From Bigelowiella natans CCMP2755 (taxonomy: Eukaryota > Protista > Cercozoa): a stretch of 59,552 bases of DNA. Shown in pieces: positions 1 to 13,556 of this stretch (the first letter of the stretch is position 1; every line of letters starts with the position of its first letter). The DNA lies in NCBI GenBank assembly GCA_000320545.1, contig ADNK01002329.1, positions 1 to 59,552 of the forward strand, read 5' to 3'. The position numbers and the translations under genes were made by a program. The notes under the pieces are model-generated. The model did not search any database and was not told the origin of the DNA. It saw only the letters and a list, made by a program, of their open reading frames with translations.

Positions 1-144
1 TCTCTTCTCTGTGTGGGTGTTTCTTCATGAGTGAGCGAAAAAAAGGGATTAAAAAGAGATTTTTTTTCTTCCTTGAAAAAACGGGGTTTCTGCATTAATC
101 CCCTCTCTTAATGATTGATGAACCTTCAACCCACTACTTAGGAA

Positions 145-1416
145 GTGCTAAAAACCCGCGCTCGTCCCCCCCTAACAATGATCAAAGGGGGCGGAAACTT
201 TCAGGAAATTCCCGCAAAAAGCCCAAACCTGTACTTTAACCCCGGGTCAGCTTCCTATGACCCTGAGGAGGGGAAAAAAGCGACCCGAATCTTCCAAAGG
301 AGCTGCCCCAACCCCACGGGACAACAACCATGCTCTGCAATTCAAAAATCGGGAAATGGGGATGTGTTTTCTATCCCATCTCTCGCCCTTCGTTATTCCC
401 CCCCTTTCCCTTTTATATTGAAAATCACGGGAAAATTTTTTGTAGTGGCCAACGATGGGACCCTGCGACGCTTTTGCGACCGCTCGCTCCTCCTCCGTGT
501 GATCTCCAAAGACTCTCCTGGCTTGTTTATTTCCCGGAAAAGCTTGATCGTATCCCGAAATGGGCTTTTTGCCCTCACAGCAAATCGAATTTCGAATGGG
601 AATGCTTGTAGCGAAAATAGTGGCAGCGGTGCATACCGTTGGGTGATTGGAGATCCATCATCATCATCATCATCATCATCCCGTTCCTCCTTCTTTTCTC
701 TTCATTCCTCCTCGTCGCACCGTTCCTCCCCCTCACCCCTCTCCTCATCTTCGGGGGCAACGACAACTCTCGCCACCACAGCATCCCTTGTCCTTCCTCT
801 CTCTCAAATAGCAGTTATACAGCAGCAGCAACAACAGGACAAATTCACCGTCTATGTTGAGAGAGAGTCAGAGAATCTTCTTGCGTCGGTATATATACCA
901 TGTGCACCAACATCTAAATCACCAATTCCGCACACACGCACGTACGCATGCATGCACAGATCCAATACAACATATGCATTTTTACTGAGAGTCTATATAG
1001 AGTTTTGGGATTGCGTATGTATGTTTTTGTGTGTGTGTGTGTGTGTTTGTTTGTTTGCGTTGATATTGTCATGATTTATGACGTGGCGTGTATCAGGTTA
1101 CAATCCAAGTAGTTGATGCTCCAAATGTGACATCGATTCGGGTTCAACCTTCGTCTGGAACAGCGTACACGACAACATTCGAAGCTACAGCCTCTGTTTT
1201 CATCTCGGATACGGCCACCGCCCCAGTTCTAATGTCCTTCGCTTATTTTCCTCAATCTACTAGCCAGTCGGATTCTCGAGTTCTTTGCCCGTTCTCTTCT
1301 GTAAGAGGTGCATGTGCATATTTGGTGTTTGCGTGCGTGTGTATGTAGCCAACAGTATAATTGTTGTGGGAGTGATGGGAGGGAAGAAACACATCATGGG
1401 ATCTCTCCTCCCCCCC

Positions 1417-1460
<44 letters not shown>

Positions 1461-1934
1461 GTAAGTAATATGATGTAACATGCACTGTCCAACAACCTGG
1501 GATCTCGCCCTACACACATACACACACACACACATATATGCATGTATATATACATCAATTCAATACTTTCTCCAAATGCATTTTGAAATAAATGTTTCTA
1601 TCTATGTATATCACCTTGACTACTCCCACTGAACCACGAGACCATAAATCGCAGACTGTAAATTCACTCTTCCGCCTGGAGACCACATGATTCTGATCGG
1701 AGCCAGAGACGTCTTGGGCGGTGTGTCGTATAGGCAGTTTGGCCCTGTTCGGGTATTAGCGCAGCAGTATCCTTCTTTTGCACAGCAGACAACCGAGTGC
1801 CTCAAGACGTCTCAAGCTAATTTCTTGTTGCGACAAATGGTAATTGCAAACCCTGCGACAAACTACATAGCACACATACATACATACATACACATACGGA
1901 CGCACGCACGCATGCATGCATACATATCCTCGCT

Positions 1935-1974
<40 letters not shown>

Positions 1975-4106
1975 TTGCCAAGGTCGAGGAAGCATATCCT
2001 GCATTCCATGTCGACTATCATAGCTATGGACTGCGAGATGATATGTGTCGGAGCCTGAACACCACATTGGCCAATCTCTGGGATCTGGGAGACGTGACAA
2101 ATATGCTCAGTCTCTCTCGCCTGGCCATGGATGTGATAGACGAGATTCCCAGGAAGGGAAGTGACGGTGGTGATATTTCGCTTTCAGAATGTCCAGATTA
2201 TGCGGGGGCATTGGCAACGACACCGACAAACACCACCATTAGGTAAAGAGAATATTAAATTCCTTTCTAAATCACAACAACCGTTTGCAGTCATTCATTG
2301 AGATATGGACAAAATGATTCATTTGGTGGGTTTCAAACAGCGGATGTTCCACAAGCGCAACTCTGCAGTCCCTCTCTTCAGAGCTTTGGCAAATCGCGTC
2401 CTCTTTTGTTGCGAGAGCAGCATCTGTGCCCGAGATTGCCGAAGGAGAGATGGCCCTCCTCGTAACAGAAACTCTTCAAGATTCCATTGGTATGCTTACT
2501 CTTCTTCTTCTTCTTCTTCTTCTTTTATTGTTTGTTAGATTGAACGACGTGCTGATCGATCACTGTGTGTGCGCTTGTTCTTGAACCAATTCTAATTACA
2601 TGCTGCCGATGTGCCCCTATGATTTCAATTTCTTCCCTCTTTTTGTTGTTTTCTAAAAGATGACCTGGAAACCATTGAAGAGGCACAGAAGACTCTTGAT
2701 GCGTTAGAAATGATCACAAATCATGCGACACCGGAGAATCTAGCATCTGAGCTGGGTCACGTGCTCGCTGATGGGTTCTCTGCGATGTTGCTCAAAGTGA
2801 ATTCCTTCAGTAGCTCCAATGCAGATTCGTCCTCAGCTACAATTCTTGCTACAACAACAACCACGACATCATCATGCGCCCTCCTAAACCAAACGATCGA
2901 TTCCATGGATGTGCTCCTGCGAAGGGCTGGGCCAACCTCCCCTCCTCAATCAAACACAGGAGGCGTGCAATACACTACTTCCGCTTTCGACGCGACTACA
3001 GGCTCTATATTTGCGGATGAGGCTGGAGGCTTGAACGCATCTTCTTCATTCCGCGTCACTGTTGACCCTACTGTCACTGCATCAACGACGACTTCATTGT
3101 CTTCACCAGGTAACAAATAGTGATTTATAGTTGTAGAGGTGAAAATTGTCTTTGTAAGATAGTAACTTTTGCATCACACACATCAATCTTCATACTTCCT
3201 TTTTGGGGTCGTGAAGAAGGGGGAGAGAAGACGCTGGGCTGCATTCATTGAGCATAAACGTTCACGAAAATTCACGCCCTCTCTACGCAATGTCTGAAGC
3301 GATATGATGAAAATAAAGGCTTCTTCTTTGCGTTGCATGCTGTTTTCTCATCATCTGAATCCATCTTGGCACATTATTATCAGGCGAGTATGAGCGTGCA
3401 CAGAGTGTCCTCACTCTCCTGCGACTTGGGACAGCGTCCGTTTCAAGTTGCCGACATAACTCGCAGCAGAACGTACAGCAGCAGCAGCAATCCTCAGCTG
3501 CAGGAGGGGCTGGTGACGGCTTCGTGTTCGCGTCGCCAGATGTTGCTTCAGTCAATCTTTACAACGCTTCTGGAGTGCGCCTATTGTCTTCAGAAGACAC
3601 TCACAGCAGTGAAGACGCCATCGCGAATGTCACAATTGTTCTCACATCTGTGCAGGAAGAATGCAACACGCTTAAGCTTTGCCGCTTTTGGGATACGGTT
3701 CTCCAAACGTGGAGCGGAGAAGGATGCGTGTACAACGGCATTAGTTCCGATGGAGCGCATCTTTGCGTGTGCAACCACCTCACTGAATTCACACTTCTTG
3801 CGGATCAAGTCAGCTGCACATCGAATGAGAACAACGTCGAGGCTGGCTATTGGGTGCTGATAAGCGTGTTTGTTGTCATAGCTGGAGTAGCTTTAGTGCA
3901 AATTGGGCGAATGGGTGCAGGAGGATTCAAGTTCAAGATCACTGTCTGGACGCACATTCTCATCCTTGCTTTTGCTATCGTCAGGATTGTTAGCGTGTTA
4001 ATGGTGAGTAAACATCAAATTCTCTATAAATAAGAAGTTGCAAAATCAAAGGGTTGGGGGGGAGGAGGGGATAGTGACAACATGCTGACCTCAGTGAAAG
4101 ATACGT

Positions 4107-4142
<36 letters not shown>

Positions 4143-5370
4143 AAGAGAGAGGCACAACTTGATCTCATATGTGACATCCAATCCTAAGGTTGCACGGCTG
4201 ATCGATGGGTTCGAGCACGCTCGCATGCATTTTGGCATTTCATTGGGAATTATAGCGCTTCCATATTACATCAGCTTTACCCTCTACTGTCTTATCGTGT
4301 TCCAATGGGCTAGCGTCATACACAATGCTCGACTCTCAAAAAATCCATTCGAACAATTCCAGAAGAGGTTCATATTGACCAGTACGCTCCTTGGTGGTTC
4401 AGTCCTAGTTGTTGGGTTACTATTCTTCTTGTTAGACCTCCCACCATACGTCGTTTCGAGCATTATCGTGGGACTTTCTCTGCTTCTAATGGTTGCTTAC
4501 CTTCTCTACGGTATGATCCTCGCTTCTAAGGTGTCAAGCTCGGCAAATGCTGATAAGGCAGCGACAGCTCACCGTTTCCAACGATCGGTGTTGTTCGTAA
4601 CAATTCCCATATTCCTAAGTTGCTGTTGCTCAATCGCTATGCTGTTTGGCCGTGAGATCTACACACTCTACCTCTTCGCTCTTTTCTGCGACGCGTGCGC
4701 CCTCGCTGTAATTATATACATGCTCAAGGGAAAGGTGAGGAGCGCGGCGAATGGAGGTAGTGAAAGCTCATCCACCTCCCGCCGTCGTCGGAGAACCCAG
4801 CGCTCAAGTCGAGGCTTTGCTGGATCACAGCACAGTCATACTGGGAGGGTAACGAAGTACGGCAATATCGAGCTCGTTCAAGATAGTAGACCTTCTGCAC
4901 CTCAAATCGGTGTTGTCTCAAGAGGGCAAATGTCAGTTTGGAACAAAAGTGCTGCCTCGCGGTTACGATCGCGGTCACAATTGAACAACACGAGGAGCCG
5001 GTTAGCCCGCCAGCAAGAAGGAAAAACTAGCGAGAAGACTGACATCACGACGGGCACACCAGAGGGGGGAAACAATCCAGGTTCAAGGATTTGTAGGCCA
5101 GGAGGCTCCTTAGGCATGCGAGCGTCGAGTGTACTCGGTACTGGCTCTCCTCGCGATTCAAATCGTCCAAGTACAGTGAACTATCGCTTGAGCACACCTA
5201 TGAATCGTGCGAGTGGTGGCTCAGTGAATAATAGTACCGACGTTCCTCACAGGGCTGATGAATTGGAATACTTGGACAAATCAATGGCAGTAGTGATCGA
5301 TGGAACCATAAATGACCAACCTTCAAAGGACAACTCTATGACGGAAAGTAAAACGCCTGTGCGTATATAA
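145..5370 (+). CDS. Polycystin/adhesion-GPCR-like receptor: REJ-like ectodomain, GAIN/GPS motif and 7TM region (multi-exon, 5' end missing or garbled)
   Basis: REJ/PKD-like motifs GSASYDPE and IRVQPSSGTAYTTTFEATAS...MSFAY, then FTLPPGD..ILIGARDVLG. Canonical GPS motif CRFWDTVLQTWSGEGC...HLCVCNHL|TEFTLL (about 3680-3800), followed by about 7 hydrophobic helices over two exons and a Ser/Arg-rich tail ending at 5370. GT-AG introns join in phase, e.g. SSVR-D-CKFTLPP and LM|VARLIDG. Confidence 0.85.
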
Positions 5371-5399
5371 TGTTTGATATGTCGTTTTCGACAAATTAT

Positions 5400-5806
5400 T
5401 ACGGCATGCAGAAGTGTGTTGCAGGTGGCAATTAAATGTAGTGTCCACTGCTACTAGTTGTATTTACAGTAATATACACATGCTATATACAATGAATAAA
5501 ACGGTATGAATAATCGATCGGCAATAATAACAAGCTAAGCACTCGCATTGCTTAATCGATGTGCTGCTATTTCAACATGTCCACGCAAACTAGATCGCAT
5601 TGACGTATTATAAGGTTTTTATGCATCTTTAGTCAACTAGATAGAGGCTGCAGGGACACAAAATGTGTCAACGAAGATATCACAGAAAATTCACTACTGA
5701 AACACAGACACCAATATACTAATACACCATCATGGACCATGAATGTCATCATGCATCACCTTATATTCACATAAGTCCACGATGACGTGCTAGCGTGCTA
5801 TAGCGC

Positions 5807-5847
<41 letters not shown>

Positions 5848-6270
5848 TATGTGTATATGTGGCGTGTACAGTGTGTACACGGTGTAATAGCTACATGCGT
5901 AGCAGTACGTACTGAAGCATGTTGTCTAGATGCTGTCTAGCTGTGTCTATAGCTAGCTAGATAGGCATACACATATTAGATGCTAATGGCTTATAAGAGG
6001 AGCGCAGAGCGCAAAAATCAAATGCTACACATTCAGTGCGTTCAATAGAAACCTTAATAGAGCTAGAGAGGCCATAACACATCGTTACCCGCGCGCGCTA
6101 CGTACACGCACACTTCAACGGCTTTAAGAACGGTGGAAGGGTGCAAGCTAGCAAGCAAGCAGATTCATGCATGCATGCATGTTATTAGAAGAGCGAATCT
6201 GTGCGTCTCATTACACGAACCTGTTGCATTAGCTAGCTTTAGCGTTGATTTTCATCAGTCTATCCTATCG
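5400..6270. other. Convergent-junction tract rich in alternating purine-pyrimidine palindromes
   Basis: Non-coding DNA between the 3' ends of a + gene and a - gene. Dense CAGTACGTACTG, GTGTACAC, TAGCTAGCTA, TCTAGA, CATGCATGCATG and CGCGCGCG, plus a (GT)n run. Confidence 0.7.
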
Positions 6271-6277
6271 TGGATGT

Positions 6278-7351
6278 TCAGGCAAGAAACTGTAATTCCA
6301 GTCGATGTGCGTCATTTTCGATTTGTTGAAGCTTTGACTGGATCTCCTCCCATGCCATTCCGTGATGATTTCCTCCGGCTGTTCTCCGCTTCGACTGCTG
6401 CTGCTCGTTCTCCTTCCTCTCGGCTTCTCGTTGAACTACTTGAAGGTTGTGCTTGCATGCATGCTCCATCTCGTCTATTACATGCAACTTGCTGCAGATA
6501 CAGCGCGCTGCTCTCTGTGCCCCCGATGTCGCCATCATTATGTGCGGGGGTGCTGATGCGAGGGGTGAGCCTCCAAACATCACCGCCCTTCCCCCTCCAG
6601 CTGCTGCTATCGGTACAGCATCAAGTAGGTTTTTCCTGGCAGCCTCGAATTTGGAGATTAATGTAAGGTCTTTGCGCCACCGAGCTTTGTACTCCGCAAT
6701 GAAGGAATTTATTGACGATGGGGGTGACAACGACGACGACGATGATGATGATGATAATGAGGATGTGTTACACTGAGAGGAGGAAGGAGAAAAGGCGGTG
6801 AGCGCAAAATTTGGAATAGACTGCCCCCGTAGTTGACCGACGAGAGCCTGCACATGATGAATATGGACTAGGAACTCAGATACATTGTCGTAGTTCCCCA
6901 GTCCCCGCTCCAATGCTGCCGTGTACATCTTGACGATTTCTGTAAAGGCCCAGGCATTCAAAGCAATTCTAGCAACAGTTGCAGCGGCACGGGGGGGGGG
7001 CATCGTTGTTCTAATTAAGGGCGCGTTAGCAGAGGAGATGCTCCGTTGAGCCTCCTCCCTGAGATGATGAGACCGGGCTTCTTCTCCTTCATCCTCATCA
7101 CCATAGGGATGATATCCGAAGAATTTCCAAAGATATTCTTTCTGAACTAGGAGCTGCTCACTGTCATCATCGGGCTGCTTATTTTCGGCTGCTGGTGCTA
7201 ATTTTGTTTTGCTTTCGTTTTCATTTCTTCGTTGCCGTTCTTCTTCTTCCTGTTGATCCCTCCTCCTTATGAAAAGTAAGAGGTCCTCAAGCTCTAGGTG
7301 CTCGAAGAAGAATAAGGAGGGCTCCAACGAAGGCGAAAGCGATGGCACGCT

Positions 7352-7387
<36 letters not shown>

Positions 7388-7481
7388 CAACGACCCCGGC
7401 GAACACGGTGAAATCCACAAGAGACTTCGAAGTTTCCTGTCGTGTGAATGCCTTTGTTTCTCTCTCTTACTCTGTATATAT

Positions 7482-7561
<80 letters not shown>

Positions 7562-9233
7562 TGTGTATGCGTTTGTGGTGCGGCTCACTATCATGGCTTT
7601 TCGCGTTCCTACACACACACAAACACACACAGAGGCACGCCTCACCTGCTCATTGTGGTTATGAACGGTTTGAAAGCTTTCAATAGCGTATTGATCCAAG
7701 GACTGAACCTTCTTGTTCTCTCACTCCTTTCATTATCTTCCTCTCCTATTTTCCTCGGTCGCTTCTTATTCAGCAATTGGGGTGATGCTGGAGGTTGCTG
7801 TGGCTTGTTGCTTTCCCCTATCTCACCCCCCCCACCCTCTTTCTCTTCATCCTCATGTCTGAGGGGGGCCCACTTTCTAAATGCCCACGCCTTCTTTCCC
7901 TCCTCTACCCGGCGCCGTACGTCCTCAAAATATTCACTGATCCTGTGCATATCCTTCATCGCCTCCAGAACTACTTGTTGCTGCTGCTGGATCCGAGTAG
8001 AGGAGGAGGAGGAGGAGGACGATGATGGCGTATCCTTCTCGACTATTTCCTCTTCTTCCTCCTCCTTCTCCCCTTTATTCTCTACTGTGGCAGCAGCAGC
8101 AGTAGCAGCAGAGTGGCGAATCGTCTTCTTAAGATTCGCCATGACTTTGCGGAGTGTTCTACGCGCAGCATCGATCTGAGTCTCTTTATCGCACTCATCG
8201 AGTATCTTTGCAAGAGACAAGGGAGGCTGTGACTGCTGCTGCCGCTGCTGCTGAGAATGATGACGACGATGATGATGATGATGATGGCGTTGAGTCGGAG
8301 GACGGGGAAGGGAAGAGGGTAGATGAGGATATTGCTGCTCTTGATACTGGTGTTGGTAGTAGCTATCAAAATGATGATGATGGAAATGATGATGATGATG
8401 ATGGTGATAGTGATGTGAGTTAACTTTGCGTTCAGTATGACCAACAGGAGCACCACTAATGGCACTGCCAACGGTGTCTCTCTTTCTCTTCTGTTTGGAT
8501 CCCCTTCCCCAATGCCTTTTCCTTTTTCTTTTGGTCCCTCTTCCATTTTTGGAGATGACTTCGTCTTCGCTTTGCTGTGACCAGTTGTTATTGTTTTTGG
8601 AATTGTCCTCAGTATCAGTCGCGTCATCATCACTATTATCATCACTTCTTCCATGCTCGTTTGCTAATGCATCTTTGTTGTCGTTGTTGTCATCGTCTTC
8701 TGTGCCATCAGAATCGTCCATAACACGGTGAAACCAGAGGCGAAGCTTCTCCATGATTTCCACCTTTCGCGTTAGTTTTCCGACGCATTTCTGGCAGAGC
8801 TGGCTGTGGTTGGTGACAAGGAGGGTCTCAGATAGTCGCCGGGAAGAGGACCCAAATTTAAGATCCAACTCCCTACAAATGAATTCATGGAGAGTTTAGT
8901 GGTGGTGGAGGAGGGGGAGAGAAAGGCTAGTGTACGTTAAAATTCTGCTCTCTGTTGTTGATTTTTATCGTCTAGATTGGAATCGCTCTTACGTTACTAT
9001 TACAACGCAACAATTTCTATTGCTTTATGGCCTCTCAATTTCCATCTTTTGCTCACTTCGCAAATCGGCTGCTTGTCGTCCTTGCCGCATGCTTCTTCGC
9101 CGTTTTCAAGATCATCTTGATATCACCGTGATTACCGTTGCAAACGGCCTGCACAAGAACACGTACTTTGGTTATTGGTTGTCTTTTGTTCACACACAAC
9201 ACACACACACACACACACACAAAGAGAGAGAGA

Positions 9234-9268
<35 letters not shown>

Positions 9269-10549
9269 GGGGGGGGGGGAGGGGACTGGGGACGAGGATG
9301 AAATGGGGGAGAATTTAGATTCGTTCGAGTACCTCGGAAGATTCGCCTACTACGTCTTCTTTCTCCCTGTATCATTTATTGTGGGTAATAATAACACACA
9401 TACAAACACGCAAACACACACACACACCATTAGCTTTTAATAATAATCTTCATGAATTATCATCATCATCATCATAATAGTGTTGAATTGTGGAGACAAA
9501 CACCGTTGGAGTTCTTGCAGCTCCTCCCCGTCATCATCGTTTTCGCTGTTATCGCCATCATTCACAACTCGAGCCTCCAAGGATGATCTCCCATTGAGCG
9601 CTGCATCATTGCTGCTACCATTGCGTGAGTTGTTGTCCTGCGCTATCACAACAGTTGTTTCTACTATTCCAGGCTTTGAATCGTCGTTTACAGTAGTGTC
9701 ATCGTCGCCGCTATCATGATCGTTCCCGACCTCTTCTTCAACAGATTTATCCTCCTCCCCTCCCCCCCCCTCCTCCTCCACCTTCCAATAGTCGCCATCC
9801 TTAGCTGGTGGTGACGTACGTGCTCTCTCCCTTACACGCTCGGCCATAAACTGAATGGCTTTGTAAACAGCCTTCTTGTCATCGGCGGTGTCAGGTCGGC
9901 ATTGCGCACACACCAGCCAACAGTCAGCAAGCATCTTCTCCAGATCAAAGGGGACTCTAAGAAGTATGAACTCACTCTAATGGAAGTTGCCAGAGAGAAA
10001 CTGCTTTCATGTGTTTGTGTGTTAGTTTGTAGTCATAGCAGTAGTAGTAGTAGTAGTAGTTGAAGAGGAAGAAGAAAAAGTAACAGCAGCAGCAACATTA
10101 ACAAGCAGCAATACCTTCTTGTTAATTCCTCCCTCGAAATCCTTGTATCTTTGATACGCTTTCTTACCCGCCGCTGCCAGCGTTTACCAGATTCGTGAGA
10201 CATGCATGTGGTAGCAGCAGGGGGGGAACTGTTGCTTCTTTGTTCGGATGTTGTTGTTGATGATAATAATGATGATGATGGCTCGATGGTGGAAGAGGAT
10301 ACAGCTTCCCCCTCCTGCTTCTCCTCCTCCTCCTCCATATTCTCAACAACAGCCTTATGATCATCATCATCTTCTTTTGTCCCCCCTATCCTCTCTTCGT
10401 TGTCCTTCTTGTCCTTCTCCAGATTCTTCTTCCTGAGATTGTGAAGCATGGTTGATAGCAAATTACACCACGCAATCGACGAAGATACTTCACACACGCG
10501 CATATTCATAAATACACAAACACACATAAAATATACATATGTATGTATG

Positions 10550-10580
<31 letters not shown>

Positions 10581-11556
10581 TGCAGAGAATGTAAGAGAAA
10601 TGAATTATAGCATGGCTGTCGGGTGAAATCCTGCAAACCGTAGAATTACCTGGAATTGGCTGCGGCATCATCTTCAGATCCGTCATCATCGATAGCAGCA
10701 GCATCATTCTTATCATGTAATCCTTCGCCATCGTCGTCGTCGCCTTCTCTCTCACTTGCACCTTCCAAACGCTTCTGACATCTGTTTCGCTGCTGCTGCA
10801 GCTGCTGCTGCGAATCTCCTCCCTTTCCCTCACTTTTCATAATCATTTTCCCTCTCTTTTCCATTACCTTGTTCTCTTCTTCATCATCTTCTTCTTCCTC
10901 CTCCTCCTCCTCCTCCACCACCATCACCTCCTTACCACCCTTTCCGCTTGTTCCTTTCAATTGGTGGTCGTGGGGCTGATGATCGGTATCTTCCTCCTTG
11001 TCGTTAGGCCTCTCATCACCTAGTTTGAGATTGTGACTCATTGTCGGCAGCAACTTCTGCTTCTTCCTCTGCCGCTGCTGCTGCTGCGGGGAGACAATAC
11101 TAGTGTTACTAGCACTACTATTGTTGTCCCTCCACCCAGTCACTATCCCCCATGACTTCGGTCGCCTCCCCCTCTTGATTGGGCCTAGTCCACTCCTCCT
11201 GTGCGCGTCTCTATAAGCCGCTTCCACGTCTTTGTATCTGGATGTTATTGTTGTAAATGAAGAGCTTAGGAAGAAAGACCGGCATGGATTTACAGGGATT
11301 CTCATCATTGTCAACCCACCTACCGCCCCCTACCCCCCTCCTCACTAACCTGATCTTAAACTCTGTAGAGACCGCATGGCGCTCATGTTGCCTCAAGACG
11401 AGGACTGAACGCCCCTTTTTCGCTAAGAGGAAGGCCTGTACCCATGCTACGCGCTCAGGCTCCGTCATCTCGGAGATGTGTGCACGATGTACAGTGGTAA
11501 GTTTGCGAATGTCCAGTGGGGGAAATGGAGGAGGGCGGGGTGAAGATCGAAACTTG

Positions 11557-11587
<31 letters not shown>

Positions 11588-13403
11588 CGAAGGGACGGCG
11601 GCCAGCCTTCTTCGATTTCATTGCCATCTTATCTGTCTTCGGCTCCTCCTCCTCTTCCTCCTCCTCCTCCTCCTCCTCTACTTCCCCTTGTACCGCCTTT
11701 GTGTCCTCCTCCTCTTCTTCCTCCTCCCTCTCCTTCTGCCTTTCCTCCTCCCCCTTCCCTTCCTCAGATGTTGGCATATAGTTCCCAGTTGTTGTTGTCG
11801 TTTTTTTGCTGTCGCACAGGTAATGAGGAGCAACCTTCAACCCAGAAGGCCTATGTGCATTCAACATCGCTCGAATTTTAGACTTAATAGCGTCACCATT
11901 CTGGCCTCCACCCAGGTCGGCCTCTTGCAATATTTCGTAGGCGCGTAAGCTAACCTTAGCCCTGTGCCGAATCAGTAACTCACAGATGTTGTCTAGTCCT
12001 GAAGAAAGGAGGGATGGTGATGATGCTGATGATGGGTATCAATGTTAGTAATCTCTACAGAAATCAAACACGGAAGGTGGACTTGCGTCGCCGCACTCAC
12101 GTCGCTATCAATGTTAAGTAGCAATGTGTAACAATACCAAGATGGCATGCCAGGACGAGGGGCGTGTCATTCTGCTTATTATGGCGGTTAATGTCTATCT
12201 TGAGCCGCTTGGAGTTTGAAATTAAAAAGTCCGCAGCAAATGATGAATAGCACAGGATTGCATACCTTAAATTATATGATGTGTGTTGTTATCATCGTTA
12301 TTGTGCGAAAATAGCACGTAGAGGCACAATATCAAGATATTCATTCTTTTCCTCTTCTATCCTCTCCTTCCCCCCTAATAAAGGTTAGCATCCTCTTCGG
12401 CACATATCGAGCGAGAAGAACGAATATGCTTGTGGTGGTAAACTACATTAGCGCGTCGTTGTCTTCCTCAAAGGGTTCAGCATCGAGCTGTTGCTTTTCT
12501 CGATCTTTCTCCTTTCCGTCGTGCGAAACTCCATCTTTGTCGGATGTATCAGGGGGGAGAGGGGGGCGCACTGTCTCGTTCGGGTCAAATTTAAGCTCAT
12601 CGACAAGGAAACGTGTAAACTTTGGGCAGTTTTCAATGACCCAGTGTAAGGCGGTTAATTCGCCGTTATGCCGAGCACTTCGATCTCCTCTTGCTTTTGT
12701 TTTATTAGCGGATGAAGGAGAAGAAGGAGAGGACGAAGTAGAGGGATGTACCCCCAGGTCTACGATCCGTCGACAAGCATCCTTGAGTCTTTGCTGAATG
12801 TTATTTCTTTTTTTGATCCCATCGATGGCATTAGGGCCCTGTGCGTGAAGCTGCTCTGCCCTGCATAAGTATTCAATCACCTGGGCGAGTAACGTCGGCG
12901 GCCGCCAGTTCTCCATCGGAATTGCGCCTACAGCTTGGAAGAAAACCGGACCAGTCTCCCCGCTACCGCTTCCGAATCTACCCTCGCAGTTTTTATCTTC
13001 TGAGCGACTACGTTTATGCAGGTTGTCAACGTAAGAGCAAAGCTTATTGGCGCGTCGAAGGTACTCCAACGAATCCTGCGTCTTCCGCAATACAACCAGT
13101 GATTTATTGCGGCGAATGACAGAAAGCCGTCTAAGATGCTTCGGGAAAAGAGTCATCGATCCCGACTGCTCCATGGTGATCGCCCTTCCAACACACCTGC
13201 TGAGAGTGGAAGCTCTTCTCGATTGGTCGTTCAATATTAAATATATTTCGGTCTAGGACAAGTTTTGAGCGACATTTATCTGGAATAGGTTTTTCGGATA
13301 TTCGTACTCTCTCACCAAAGGCCTTCTGAACACCCAGATCGTCAGTCGAAGTATCCAACCGCGAAACATCGTGTAAATATGGTTTTAAAAAGTGCAATAT
13401 CAT
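6278..13403 (-). CDS. Large low-complexity, probably nuclear protein with N-terminal ankyrin repeats and an AT-hook-like motif (about 10 exons)
   Basis: Spliced reading: GER|TEIYLILNDQ (55-nt intron) ... GELTALHWVIENC ... NDALM|YAILC...DINRHNKQNDTPLVLACHL|GLDNICELLIRHRAKV (ankyrin), then KRGRRPK and long acidic, His and Ser runs. GT-AG introns phase correctly except the last junction (about 7470-7730). Confidence 0.7.
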
Positions 13404-13556
13404 CAGTCCGGGTTCGTCTTCTTCGAGGGAATAAATCCGAAATTTTTTTGGCGAGGCGGGAAAGGGTTGGGGTTCAGAAAATGGTAATAAGCAAGGGATT
13501 TTATGTCTAAATTGATCGTTTTGCCTTGTCGTAGATAAGAGGTTAGGTCCACAAAA
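13404..13556. promoter_or_regulatory. Short bidirectional promoter (153 bp between start codons)
   Basis: The ATG of the - strand gene at 13403 and the ATG of EME1 at 13557 are head-to-head. Confidence 0.7.

Noticed and set aside
5400-6270. Convergent tracts as copies of one MITE family or as RNA genes
   Set aside because: No shared alignable sequence, terminal repeats or tRNA/rRNA structure between tracts by eye; only the word composition is shared.
13131-13403. Programmed frameshift between overlapping - strand ORFs
   Set aside because: Explained by a canonical 55-nt GT-AG intron.
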